From a virus (taxonomy: Duplodnaviria > Caudoviricetes), in IMG/VR virus record IMGVR_UViG_3300043803_001519, positions 1-53,318 of that record: DNA of 53,318 nt; one strand, 5' to 3'. The stretch's first letter is position 1. Each line of letters starts with the position of its first letter. This document shows, in pieces, positions 43,520-51,871 of the stretch. The position numbers and the translations under genes are program-made. The notes under the pieces are model-generated. The model was given only the letters and a program-made list of their open reading frames with translations. It searched no databases and was not told the DNA's origin.

Positions 43520-45778
43520 TTACTTGGCTTTGGGTTTGGGTTTGGGTTTCTGGGCGGCTTTCTTGGCCGCGGCTTTCGCCTTCATCTCGGTCTGGCGCTC
43601 CTGGGAGTCGAGCTGAGCCTTGAGCTGCCGTTCGTTGCCAGCCGCCTCGACGCGCTTCGTCATGCTGCCGACCTGGGCCACGAACATGTCCTTCTGGTTC
43701 TTCTCGGCCGAGATCCGGAGGCGCGTCTGCATCTCGGTGCGCGACTTCTCCATATCGGCCGCGAACTTCTCCATGTCCATGCGGAGCTGCGAGCCGATCT
43801 TCTGCATTTCGAGCATCGGGGCCTGCTCCGCAGCGCCCGCCTGGGCCGCGGCGAGCATCGCTCGCGCCTCGTGCTCCATCGCCTTGGCCATCATCATACG
43901 CACGTTGGCCTCGGCGGCCTGCATCTGCAGGGCCTGCTGCTGGGCCTGCATCTGGAGCTCTTCCTCGCTCGGGTCCGCCAGGCCCTCGAGCGACTTGACG
44001 ATCTCCGCGATGCGGTCCCGCATCGGCATGCGGCTGTTCTTGACCACCATGTAACTGGGGATCGGGATCCCGCGGTCCCGCATCGCCATCATCTGCTCGA
44101 AAACGGCGTCCTGGACGACGTCACTGGTCTGCTGGGACGAGATGACGACGCCGTACTCGCCCAAAGTGAGGTCGTTGATGAGCTCGCCAGCGGAATTTCG
44201 CTGGTTGATGGCCACTTCCTCGGTGTATTCGTCACCCAGTTCGTCGTACTTGGTAACGTGGAGCACCCGTTCCTCGGTGTAGAAGCGCTGGATGAGGCCC
44301 AACATCGTCCGCGCGCGGATGTGGCGCGTCTTGGCGAGGTTGTCAAAGACGATTTCGAGCTGCGCGAGGCCGTTGGCGTTCTGCTGCTGGAGCGCGTCGC
44401 CAGAAGTCTCTCGCGTGACGATGCCCATCATGCCCTCGGGCACGCCAGAAATGGTCCGGAAGTGGAATTCCGCCTTCTGGCTGACCTGGGCGAGGCCCGT
44501 TGGGACCTGGTTGGGCTGGATTTTGACCGGTGGGTCAAAGCCTTTCTGGTACTCGAAGACGAAACCGGTCTTCGCGCCGTCGCGCTCGAGGTCAGAGCGG
44601 TCCATGTCGACGAGCGAGCCCGACTGGAAGATCCAGCCGGAGTTCGCCGTGGTGTTGACGACGTGGAGCTCCTGCGAAGTGACCTTGTTGAGCGTGTCCT
44701 GGGGCGAAAGCAGGTTCCGGACGACGCCAAACGGCTTGCCGCGGCGGAAATACGGGAAGAACGGCACGACGGTGAAGTCGTCGTACAGGCTCCAGTCGTC
44801 GTACAGGAGCACCTGGTCGGCCGTCACGGTCCAGCGGACGCGCCGCTCGACCTTGTCGATGACTGTCAGGCCGAAGTCCGCGGCGAACTGGGAGACCTTG
44901 TACTCCTCCCAGTCGTCCGGTACAGGCCTGGTGTCGCCGTTGATGAGGTCGACGAAGTGGCGCCGGCGGTGCAGCTTGCGGTGCTGCCGCTCGATGATCC
45001 GGACCTTCTGGATCGCGTCGCTCTCGTCCTTGTCATCGGGCACCGGGACCGTACCGAAGGTGCTCGTATCGCCAGCGAACGTCTGCCGGTCGTAGTCGAC
45101 CGAGTCGACGCCGAAGGAGTCGCGGCGGGCGATCTTGCGGACGTCGTCCGCCTTCGCCTTGCCGTACATCTCCTGGATCTCGTCGATAGTCAGCCAACGG
45201 GTGACGATGACCTCGGGCCAGGTCTCGGGGTCGTACTCGGCCCCGGTCGGGGGCAGGAGGACGTCCCTGGGGCTCAGCGCGGTCTCGCGGACCTCGCCGT
45301 AGATGTTGTCGCTGAAGTCGATCCGGATGTCGAAGAACCCGCGGTCCTCGATGATGCCATCCATGAACACCTGTTGTTCCACCCACTTCGACGTATTGTT
45401 GTCCTGGATCTGCTGGATCACGGACTGCAGGGCGGTGGCCACGTCTTCGGAGGCCCCGCCGCCGCGGGGGCGGAAGGCGATGTCCTGGCGGTTGGTGATG
45501 TGCTGCCCGAGGATCGCGTTGACCGTCGAGAGCACCATGTTGACGGTCTGGTGCGGTCGGCCCTCGGACTCGAGCTTGGAGATGTCGGCCGGATCCCACT
45601 GGTCGCCGACGTAGTACCGCTCGTGCTTGGCGGCTTCGCGGACGAATTCCAGGTGCCCGTGGTCACGGGCCCGGGCGTAAGCGTCCCAGTTGGCGTCGAC
45701 AGCGGCCTTCTCGGCCCCCAACGAGGCGGGCGTGGCCGGGGCGGCCTCTCCCTGCTTGAGGTAGTCGTATTTCGCCAT
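43520..45778 (-). CDS. Portal protein (P22-like)
   Basis: YYVGDQW, RP..TVN, DGIIEDRGF, VPFFPYF...GVVRNLLSPQD.LNK and Gln-rich C-terminal barrel. Confidence 0.9.
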   Translation of the reverse strand: MAKYDYLKQGEAAPATPASLGAEKAAVDANWDAYARARDHGHLEFVREAAKHERYYVGDQWDPADISKLESEGRPHQTVNMVLSTVNAILGQHITNRQDIAFRPRGGGASEDVATALQSVIQQIQDNNTSKWVEQQVFMDGIIEDRGFFDIRIDFSDNIYGEVRETALSPRDVLLPPTGAEYDPETWPEVIVTRWLTIDEIQEMYGKAKADDVRKIARRDSFGVDSVDYDRQTFAGDTSTFGTVPVPDDKDESDAIQKVRIIERQHRKLHRRRHFVDLINGDTRPVPDDWEEYKVSQFAADFGLTVIDKVERRVRWTVTADQVLLYDDWSLYDDFTVVPFFPYFRRGKPFGVVRNLLSPQDTLNKVTSQELHVVNTTANSGWIFQSGSLVDMDRSDLERDGAKTGFVFEYQKGFDPPVKIQPNQVPTGLAQVSQKAEFHFRTISGVPEGMMGIVTRETSGDALQQQNANGLAQLEIVFDNLAKTRHIRARTMLGLIQRFYTEERVLHVTKYDELGDEYTEEVAINQRNSAGELINDLTLGEYGVVISSQQTSDVVQDAVFEQMMAMRDRGIPIPSYMVVKNSRMPMRDRIAEIVKSLEGLADPSEEELQMQAQQQALQMQAAEANVRMMMAKAMEHEARAMLAAAQAGAAEQAPMLEMQKIGSQLRMDMEKFAADMEKSRTEMQTRLRISAEKNQKDMFVAQVGSMTKRVEAAGNERQLKAQLDSQERQTEMKAKAAAKKAAQKPKPKPKAK

Positions 45779-45781
45779 GGG

Positions 45782-48637
45782 TTAGGACGCCATCGAGCTT
45801 GTCCGGCCGGAATTGGCCTTCTGTGTATACCCACTCAGTTTGGACCGCCAGTTCTTGTCGGCCCCGCGGCCCCGCTTCTTGCCCCGGTACTGGACGTCGG
45901 CCAGGATCTGGGCCAGCCAGGCGTCCGCGTCGACCCGGTCGGAGTAGACGCCGGTCGGGAACCGCAACAGCTCGTTGATGTGGTCGTCGGTCCAGAGGGC
46001 CCCCGATGGGAACAGCACCTCGCCGCGCGACATCCGGCCCTGGAGCGGCCTGGCGCGGGCCTCCTTGTTGCCGCGGTGGGTCGGCGGCATCTCCTCGACG
46101 GCGAAGCTGATCTTCTCCTCCCGGAGCCGGCGCTCGAGGTGGGGGCCGATCGCCATCGAGATCTGGCCCTTCTCGATGCCGAACCGGAGCGGTTTCCAGA
46201 CCCGGATGATGTCGATGATCTGCTCGACGATCTCGTCCGCACCCCACTGGCCGCGGCGCTCGTCGAGCATGTAGATCTTCTGGTCGAAGTCGAGCCCGGC
46301 CACCATGAGCACGGTGAAGCAGGCCGCGTCTTCCTTCGAGATGGCCAGGTCGCCCGACGCGTAGATGTCGAGCTCCTCCGGATGGCCGCCGTGATAGAAC
46401 CGGAGCATCGTCTTCTCGAAGTAGGCGCCCTCCTCGACGATCGGCGACTGCTGGTAGAGCGCCGCCCAGTCGCGCGGGATCATGGTGCGCTTCTTCTTGA
46501 GCAATTCCCCGATCGGGAACCGCTCCGGGTGCAGGGCCTCGCCCCGCTTCCGGTACGGCTCGTCGGCCGTCGCGATGGCAGGGTACGAGACAACCTGCCA
46601 ACGCTCGGCGTCGGCGGGCCAGATGCCGGTCTCCTCGTACTCCTTCTCGGCCTTGGCCTGGCCCTGCAGGATCCAGCCGGAGAGGTCGTCGTCGTGCCAC
46701 CTGGTGTTGTGGGAGACCAGGCCGTTCGCGATGAAGTTCTCGGTGCCCTCGATCTGAACATCAAAGACCTCGTGGGCGCCGGCATCCTCGATCGAGACCA
46801 GCTCAGTGACCGTGAAGTCTGAGGTATGCAGCCATGGCTTCGGCGGTGGCGGGAGACGATCTGATGCGCCCCAGGGTGACATTGCAGTCGTCGCAGAGAA
46901 GTCCGCGGACTTTGCCGGTGTCGTGGCAGTGGTCAACGCAGAGCTTTCCGCCCCAGTGCGAAGGTACATTGTCACCTGGCGGCTGACGGCAGATAGCGCA
47001 GCGCCCGCCTTGCTCAACCAGACGCTGAGCATACTCTTCGGCAGTGAGGCCATACCGGTGCTTGAGATGAGCCGCCCGACGAGAGCGCGAATTGGCCGAC
47101 GGAGGGCGATGCCCATCAGCCCACTTGCGCTTCTGGTAGTGGGACTGGCAGAGCCCGCGGCACTTGGCGGGCTTGCCGCAGCCTGGCTCGGCGCAGGCGA
47201 CCCCGCGCCACTTGCCCCACTGCCCTTTACGACCACGATTGTGTGGCCCGTACGAAGGTCTCTGGTCCGTACCCACTTCAGGTCTCCGTTCTCAAGCACC
47301 AGGAACGGGTGCCGGGCGTTGGCCCGCACGCTCGCGCCCGAGGCGGTGGTGAGCCGATAGCACTGGTCATAGCCGTTGCTGGCCCAATTGACGACCGCCG
47401 CCGTGCCCAGGCGGCCATCCCGATAGGTTGCGACGATGTCCCCGGGGCGAAGCGCGTCCAGACGCCGCTGTGCGCCATTCGGCAGCAGTACGGGCGTATC
47501 GCCGGTCATGCACTGAATGATCAGCACGCCGCCGCCGGGCGCCAGGCGGGTCGACGCCGTGGATGAGTACCAGCTCTTGGTCGAGGCCCGCGTCACGGCC
47601 GAGTCGGCCTCTTCGCGGTTCTTGACCGGGTCGTCGATGTTCAGGACGTGCGCGCCGCGGCCGGTGATCGGGCCGCCGACGCCGGCCGCCAGGAAACCGC
47701 CGCCGGTGCGGACGCCCTTGCTGTCGGAGATACCCCACCGCTCGAGGGCCTCGTTGCCCTTCATCACCGAGGTGTGCGGGAAGATGGCGCGGTACTCCGG
47801 CGTGCGGAGCAGCTCCTGGATCTTGCGCGAGAAGTCGATCTGCAGCGACTGGGCGTACGACGCCGAGATGATCTCGTGCTGGGCCGCCCGGCCGAAGTGC
47901 CAGGCAGGGAAGTACTGCGACGCGATCAGCGACTTGCCAGCCCGGGGTGGCAGGAACAGCATCAGCCGCGGCGAGCGGCCGGCGATGACGTCGTCAGAGA
48001 ACTGCTCGAGGCGCAGGCAGATGTCCTTGTGGACCCAGCCGGCCTTGTAGTCGCGCTCGAAGAGCTCGATGAACGGCAGCAGATGCCGCCGGGAGAGCTC
48101 GCGCCGGGCGAGCTCCTGGCGGGCCCGCCCTTCCTCGTCCTCCGGGTCGATGATCTTGGGCTCGGGCGGCGGTACCTGCCCGGCTTTGCGCGCGGCCCAG
48201 GCCAGCGCCCGCGGGCGGTCCCGGTGCGAGAGCTTGTAGAACGCCTGGCCGGTGTAGCCATCCGGGTCCTTGCCTGCCAGGGCAAGCTCCTGCAGGAAGT
48301 ACTCATTGCGCATGATCATGCTGCCGACAAACGCCTGCCGCATTTTCTCGATGCGCTCAGCCTTGCGTGCCGCGAGCTCGGCCTTGGCGGCGATCCGCTC
48401 GCAGTTGTAGCAGGTCCAGTGCTCCGTGCCATCCTTGTTCGTCGTGAGCAGCCCGGGGTGGAATTCCCCGCACTCCTCGCACTTCCGGACCATGGGCACC
48501 TGCTTGGCCCTGGTCTTGTAGTTGATCCAGAACAAGCCTTTGAGCAGCCGGGCGCCCTTGGTCAGCTTCGGGAAGGTGATCTCGAACGGTTCAGACGACT
48601 CCAGCGACGACTTCATCACCGGGCGGACCTTCGGCAT
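45782..48637 (-). CDS. terL: Terminase large subunit, intein-containing (start uncertain: 48781, 48637 or 48493)
   Basis: PPRAGKS Walker A, AGVGGPITGRGAH, IDDPVKN Walker B, IIQ|TRWHDDDL, nuclease motifs GDLA and DRVDA; N-terminal CEEC/CYNC. Confidence 0.9.
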   Translation of the reverse strand: MPKVRPVMKSSLESSEPFEITFPKLTKGARLLKGLFWINYKTRAKQVPMVRKCEECGEFHPGLLTTNKDGTEHWTCYNCERIAAKAELAARKAERIEKMRQAFVGSMIMRNEYFLQELALAGKDPDGYTGQAFYKLSHRDRPRALAWAARKAGQVPPPEPKIIDPEDEEGRARQELARRELSRRHLLPFIELFERDYKAGWVHKDICLRLEQFSDDVIAGRSPRLMLFLPPRAGKSLIASQYFPAWHFGRAAQHEIISASYAQSLQIDFSRKIQELLRTPEYRAIFPHTSVMKGNEALERWGISDSKGVRTGGGFLAAGVGGPITGRGAHVLNIDDPVKNREEADSAVTRASTKSWYSSTASTRLAPGGGVLIIQCMTGDTPVLLPNGAQRRLDALRPGDIVATYRDGRLGTAAVVNWASNGYDQCYRLTTASGASVRANARHPFLVLENGDLKWVRTRDLRTGHTIVVVKGSGASGAGSPAPSQAAASPPSAAGSASPTTRSASGLMGIALRRPIRALVGRLISSTGMASLPKSMLSVWLSKAGAALSAVSRQVTMYLRTGAESSALTTATTPAKSADFSATTAMSPWGASDRLPPPPKPWLHTSDFTVTELVSIEDAGAHEVFDVQIEGTENFIANGLVSHNTRWHDDDLSGWILQGQAKAEKEYEETGIWPADAERWQVVSYPAIATADEPYRKRGEALHPERFPIGELLKKKRTMIPRDWAALYQQSPIVEEGAYFEKTMLRFYHGGHPEELDIYASGDLAISKEDAACFTVLMVAGLDFDQKIYMLDERRGQWGADEIVEQIIDIIRVWKPLRFGIEKGQISMAIGPHLERRLREEKISFAVEEMPPTHRGNKEARARPLQGRMSRGEVLFPSGALWTDDHINELLRFPTGVYSDRVDADAWLAQILADVQYRGKKRGRGADKNWRSKLSGYTQKANSGRTSSMAS
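46706..47512 (-). mobile_element. Intein (269 aa) in TerL
   Basis: Block A CMTGDTPVLLPNG, block B VRANARHPFL, block F VFDVQIEGTENFIANG, block G LVSHN, +1 Thr. Removal restores IIQ-TRWHDDDL. Confidence 0.92.
46803..47276 (-). CDS. Endonuclease VII-type HNH homing endonuclease, nested out of frame inside the intein
   Basis: N-terminal CAEPGC...GLCQSHY zinc motif; YGLTAEEY...QGGRCAIC...LCVDHCHDTGKVRGLLCDDCNVTLG; own RBS GGAGA-CCTGAA-GTG. Confidence 0.88.
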   Translation of the reverse strand: MGTDQRPSYGPHNRGRKGQWGKWRGVACAEPGCGKPAKCRGLCQSHYQKRKWADGHRPPSANSRSRRAAHLKHRYGLTAEEYAQRLVEQGGRCAICRQPPGDNVPSHWGGKLCVDHCHDTGKVRGLLCDDCNVTLGRIRSSPATAEAMAAYLRLHGH

Positions 48638-49136
48638 ACGCTTCTTCTCCGCCCGGTCGAGGGTCGGCCTCCGGGCGAACTTCGTGACCTTCTTCTTCTT
48701 CTTGCCCGCCTTCTTGCGGGTAGAGGGCCGGCGGGAGCTGGAAGACGGCGCGTCCGCCGGCGAGTCGGAGGAGTTCGTCATCGGATAGGGCCCGTAGTTC
48801 GTGCTTGTGGGTGTGCTCGTGCTTGATGGGCTCCGCGATGCCGTGAAGTTTCACGAGCTCGCGGACCGCCATCACCTGTTCGCTGGCGCTCTCGGCGTTC
48901 CGGTACGCCTGCATCAGCATGTCGTGGGCCTCTTCGCGCGTGAACCCGACGGCGCGCGCGGAGATGGCCCTACCGGAGTTGAGCGCGGCCTGGATGTCCG
49001 GGTTCCGCTCGACCTGGGCGCCGCTGGCGTAGCCGGCGATCGCGGCGGCGGCAGCGGCGGACTTGCCGGAGAGGCGCTGTTCGACGTAGAGACGCTGGCG
49101 GTCGGTCAGGCCTTCAAGCGCTGGCTTCAGATCCAT
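48591..49136 (-). CDS. terS: Terminase small subunit
   Basis: LTDRQRLYV...AAAIAGYAS HTH, ELVKLHG, LSDDELLRLAG; immediately upstream of terL. Confidence 0.8.
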   Translation of the reverse strand: MDLKPALEGLTDRQRLYVEQRLSGKSAAAAAAIAGYASGAQVERNPDIQAALNSGRAISARAVGFTREEAHDMLMQAYRNAESASEQVMAVRELVKLHGIAEPIKHEHTHKHELRALSDDELLRLAGGRAVFQLPPALYPQEGGQEEEEGHEVRPEADPRPGGEEAYAEGPPGDEVVAGVV

Positions 49137-49374
49137 TTACCGAGGCTACGCCGACCTGCCCGGGGGCTGCCGTGTGGGACTCCTGGTAGAGCCCGCTCAC
49201 GAACTCGAGCACGCGCTGCATGATCGGGTGGGCCAGGGTGCCGTTGACGACCAGGAGGATCAGGTTCTCGGACACCTGGACCCCCGTCACGGAGGTGCCA
49301 TCCCCGGAGGGGAGGGCGTCAACGAGCTCGGCCAGGGTGAGGCCGGCGTCCAGGGCGTTCTGTGGCTCAGTCAT
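49114..49374 (-). CDS. Hypothetical protein
   Basis: 86-aa ORF filling the gap; AAGG upstream. Confidence 0.55.
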   Translation of the reverse strand: MTEPQNALDAGLTLAELVDALPSGDGTSVTGVQVSENLILLVVNGTLAHPIMQRVLEFVSGLYQESHTAAPGQVGVASVNGSEASA

Positions 49375-49403
49375 TCAGTGACCTTGTGGTTGGTGGAAGT
49401 GGA

Positions 49404-50741
49404 TTAAGCGCCGGCGGAGACGAGGAAAGCGTCGACCGAGCCGTCGACAGTGTTGACGGCGATAGCGATCTCCACTCCGCCAGAGTAGGAGAAGACCTGG
49501 AAGCGGTTGAACACCTGGTCAGGGTTCTCGACCTGGCTCTGCGGCTGCAGCGTATTGGACGGCGCCGTGATGTTGGTCCAGTTGTAGGTGAGGTTGCCAT
49601 CAACGCCGATCGCCCCCTGCGCGCCACTGGCGTACGCGAGGCGGAAGACGTTGGCCTCCGCAGCGCCAGGCCAGTACAGGACGGCGCCAAGGGCCGGCGA
49701 CCAGTCGACGCCAGCGCCTTCGACCTTGCGCGTCGGCGGAGTGCCGGTCTCGGAGATCAGCCAGGCGGTGGACGTCGACAGGCGGTACTGCGAAAGGTCC
49801 GCGGGCTTGAGGTACCGGATGGTGTCGGTATAGCGGTAGTCGAAGAAGATGACGATGTCGCGGATCGGGTCGTGAACGATCGACTGGGCGATGCCGTTGC
49901 CCGACCAGAAGTGCGCCGCGCCGGCGCCAGGCGGCCGGTTCGTCCACTGCCCGCCAGGGGAGGCCAGCGGGTTGAGCGTCGCGACGATGTTCGCAGTCTG
50001 GGCCCGGGTCACCGCTAGGAAGACGTAGTGCCCACGGACGGCGTCCCAGAACCCGGACGGCGAGTACTGCCACGCGTTCCGCGTGTCGGCGCCGACGATG
50101 GGGTCCCCGCGCACCCAGGGAGCAGTGGGGTTCGCCAGGTCGAGCCAGTGCGGGTACCGCGTGGCGACGGCGACCGTGCTGTCGTCGTAGTTGGACACCG
50201 CGCGCGGCGAGATGAGCAGGCCGTTGGGGAAGCCCGGCAGAGGGCCGGTGCAAGCGAGCTGGAAGTAGGTATGCGTCGGCAGCGGCGAGCCGTCAGGGAA
50301 CTCCCCGAAAGAGTTGCCGGTGAGCGCGTTGTAGTTGGCCGTGGCGGGGCGCAACTGCGTCCAGGCACGGGTGCCGAGGTCGAACCGGAAGAGGTCGTTG
50401 CCTTCGTAGCCACTGCCGGACCTGGAGTGGGCGCCACCGAGGCCGACCAGCATGGACTGGTACGCGCCGAGAGCGGGGGCGCGAGCGCCGCCGTTCCACG
50501 ACGAGAGCGACCGCTGGAAGTTGACGTCGGTCGGGTTGACCGTCTTCACGTCGCGCATGACGTTGGTGGCCGAGAGGCCGAAGCCCGGCGTGGCGCCGCT
50601 GATGCGCGCCCAGGTGCCGACCTGCCAGCCGGCGGCGATGGCCTGGGCGATCCAGGGCGGCGGGGAGCCGGGGCCGACGGGCGGCACGACTGCCGCGGGC
50701 ACACGGATCCGCAGGCGATTGGGGCTCAGGGAAGAGGGCAT
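49404..50741 (-). CDS. Kelch-like beta-propeller protein with Pro-rich N-terminal linker
   Basis: SWNGG, GGAH...YEGNDLFRFDL...W, HTY and repeated xDP/W blades. Confidence 0.6.
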   Translation of the reverse strand: MPSSLSPNRLRIRVPAAVVPPVGPGSPPPWIAQAIAAGWQVGTWARISGATPGFGLSATNVMRDVKTVNPTDVNFQRSLSSWNGGARAPALGAYQSMLVGLGGAHSRSGSGYEGNDLFRFDLGTRAWTQLRPATANYNALTGNSFGEFPDGSPLPTHTYFQLACTGPLPGFPNGLLISPRAVSNYDDSTVAVATRYPHWLDLANPTAPWVRGDPIVGADTRNAWQYSPSGFWDAVRGHYVFLAVTRAQTANIVATLNPLASPGGQWTNRPPGAGAAHFWSGNGIAQSIVHDPIRDIVIFFDYRYTDTIRYLKPADLSQYRLSTSTAWLISETGTPPTRKVEGAGVDWSPALGAVLYWPGAAEANVFRLAYASGAQGAIGVDGNLTYNWTNITAPSNTLQPQSQVENPDQVFNRFQVFSYSGGVEIAIAVNTVDGSVDAFLVSAGA

Positions 50742-50755
50742 TCGGGGCTACTCCA

Positions 50756-51868
50756 TCAGAAGCCGGACGGGGGCTTCCAGATAAGGCTGTTCGGCTGGCC
50801 AGGGTTGTTCGTGGCCGTCGGGCAGAGCCGCCAGTACGCGCCGTAGTCGGGCACGAACATCGGGGTGCCGTACTCCTTCAGCGCGTCGCTGAACCGGAAC
50901 GGATGCTCGAAGGCCTGCAGCTCCCACTCCAGCGTCGAGGTGTTGAGTCTCCAGACGCGCTGCGGGTTGGCGGCGTTCGTACACTCGAAGATGGCCACAC
51001 TGCCGGCCGGAGTAGCCAGCATGGCGTTGCGCCGCGAGATGCCATCGCTCGCCGAAGGGAAGCAGGACACGAAGAGCGGAAGGTCCCCGGTACCGCGGGT
51101 CACCGTCGGCGTGGCGCCGGGGTTGATGAGCCACCACGGGCGCCCGCCGGCCAGGTAGTCGCCCTCGTGGCCGTGCGAGAACACGACCTTGTCGAGCAGC
51201 TCGCAGTAGACGCCGATCTGGTGACGGGAGTTGGTCGTCGGGATCGAGGTCAGGGTGCCGATCTGCGACCACACGCCGGTCGACTTGCGCCAGGCAAAGA
51301 CCGTGGTCGCCCGCTGCAGCACGAGGCCGCCGTCGCCGGCGCCGAAGAGGTTCGGGTGCCACTCGAGGCCCCACGGCCCGGCGCCGTCGCCGGTGGTGTA
51401 CACGCCGGTGTTGTCCCAGGTGGCGGTGTCCGGGTTCCAGATGCCGGCGCGCTCGCCGCGGTAAGGCACCGCGTAGAGTGCATCGTCCTCGAAGTCGAGC
51501 GCGGCGAAGGCGCGCATGAAGTCGCCGTTGTCCGAATCGGTGTTCAGGCCGCCGACGTTGTTGAACGGCGACGTGAAGCTGTTCGTCTCCTCGTCGTAGA
51601 CGATGAGGCGCCAGTTGCCGCCGGTGCCGGACGACTTGCCGAGGAAGTAGGCCTTGTGCGGCCCCCACAGCCAGCGGCCGATGGTGTTGGTGAACCACGA
51701 GCCAGTCCAGTTCCACGAGGCGTCGAGTGTGAAGGACGCGCTGGCGCCGGCTGCAAGCGCGGCAACGGCCACCGCCAGGGCTGAGTCCCCCAGCGGCGTG
51801 TAGCTCGGCGGTGGCGGAGGCGGGTCGGTGATCGTGAAGGTCAGCGTGAAGCTGTTGGTCGAGGCCAT
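50756..51868 (-). CDS. Beta-propeller protein with N-terminal strand and polyproline linker
   Basis: Repeated YDEETNSF, WNPDTATW, WRKSTGVW and LNTSTLEW blades; PPPPPP linker. Confidence 0.6.
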   Translation of the reverse strand: MASTNSFTLTFTITDPPPPPPSYTPLGDSALAVAVAALAAGASASFTLDASWNWTGSWFTNTIGRWLWGPHKAYFLGKSSGTGGNWRLIVYDEETNSFTSPFNNVGGLNTDSDNGDFMRAFAALDFEDDALYAVPYRGERAGIWNPDTATWDNTGVYTTGDGAGPWGLEWHPNLFGAGDGGLVLQRATTVFAWRKSTGVWSQIGTLTSIPTTNSRHQIGVYCELLDKVVFSHGHEGDYLAGGRPWWLINPGATPTVTRGTGDLPLFVSCFPSASDGISRRNAMLATPAGSVAIFECTNAANPQRVWRLNTSTLEWELQAFEHPFRFSDALKEYGTPMFVPDYGAYWRLCPTATNNPGQPNSLIWKPPSGF

Positions 51869-51871
51869 CGA

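Noticed and set aside
42758-46822. 1354-aa + strand ORF, and similar long antisense ORFs (4537-6846, 16396-18591, 22989-24776, 34476-36584, 40783-42495)
   Set aside because: Shadow ORFs opposite well-supported genes, as expected from high-GC codon bias. The translations are V/L/D/E/G/R-rich with no motifs.
46806-47360. Third open frame (+ strand, 184 aa) across the intein
   Set aside because: No RBS or recognisable motif; explained by GC content and the constraint of two overlapping sense frames.
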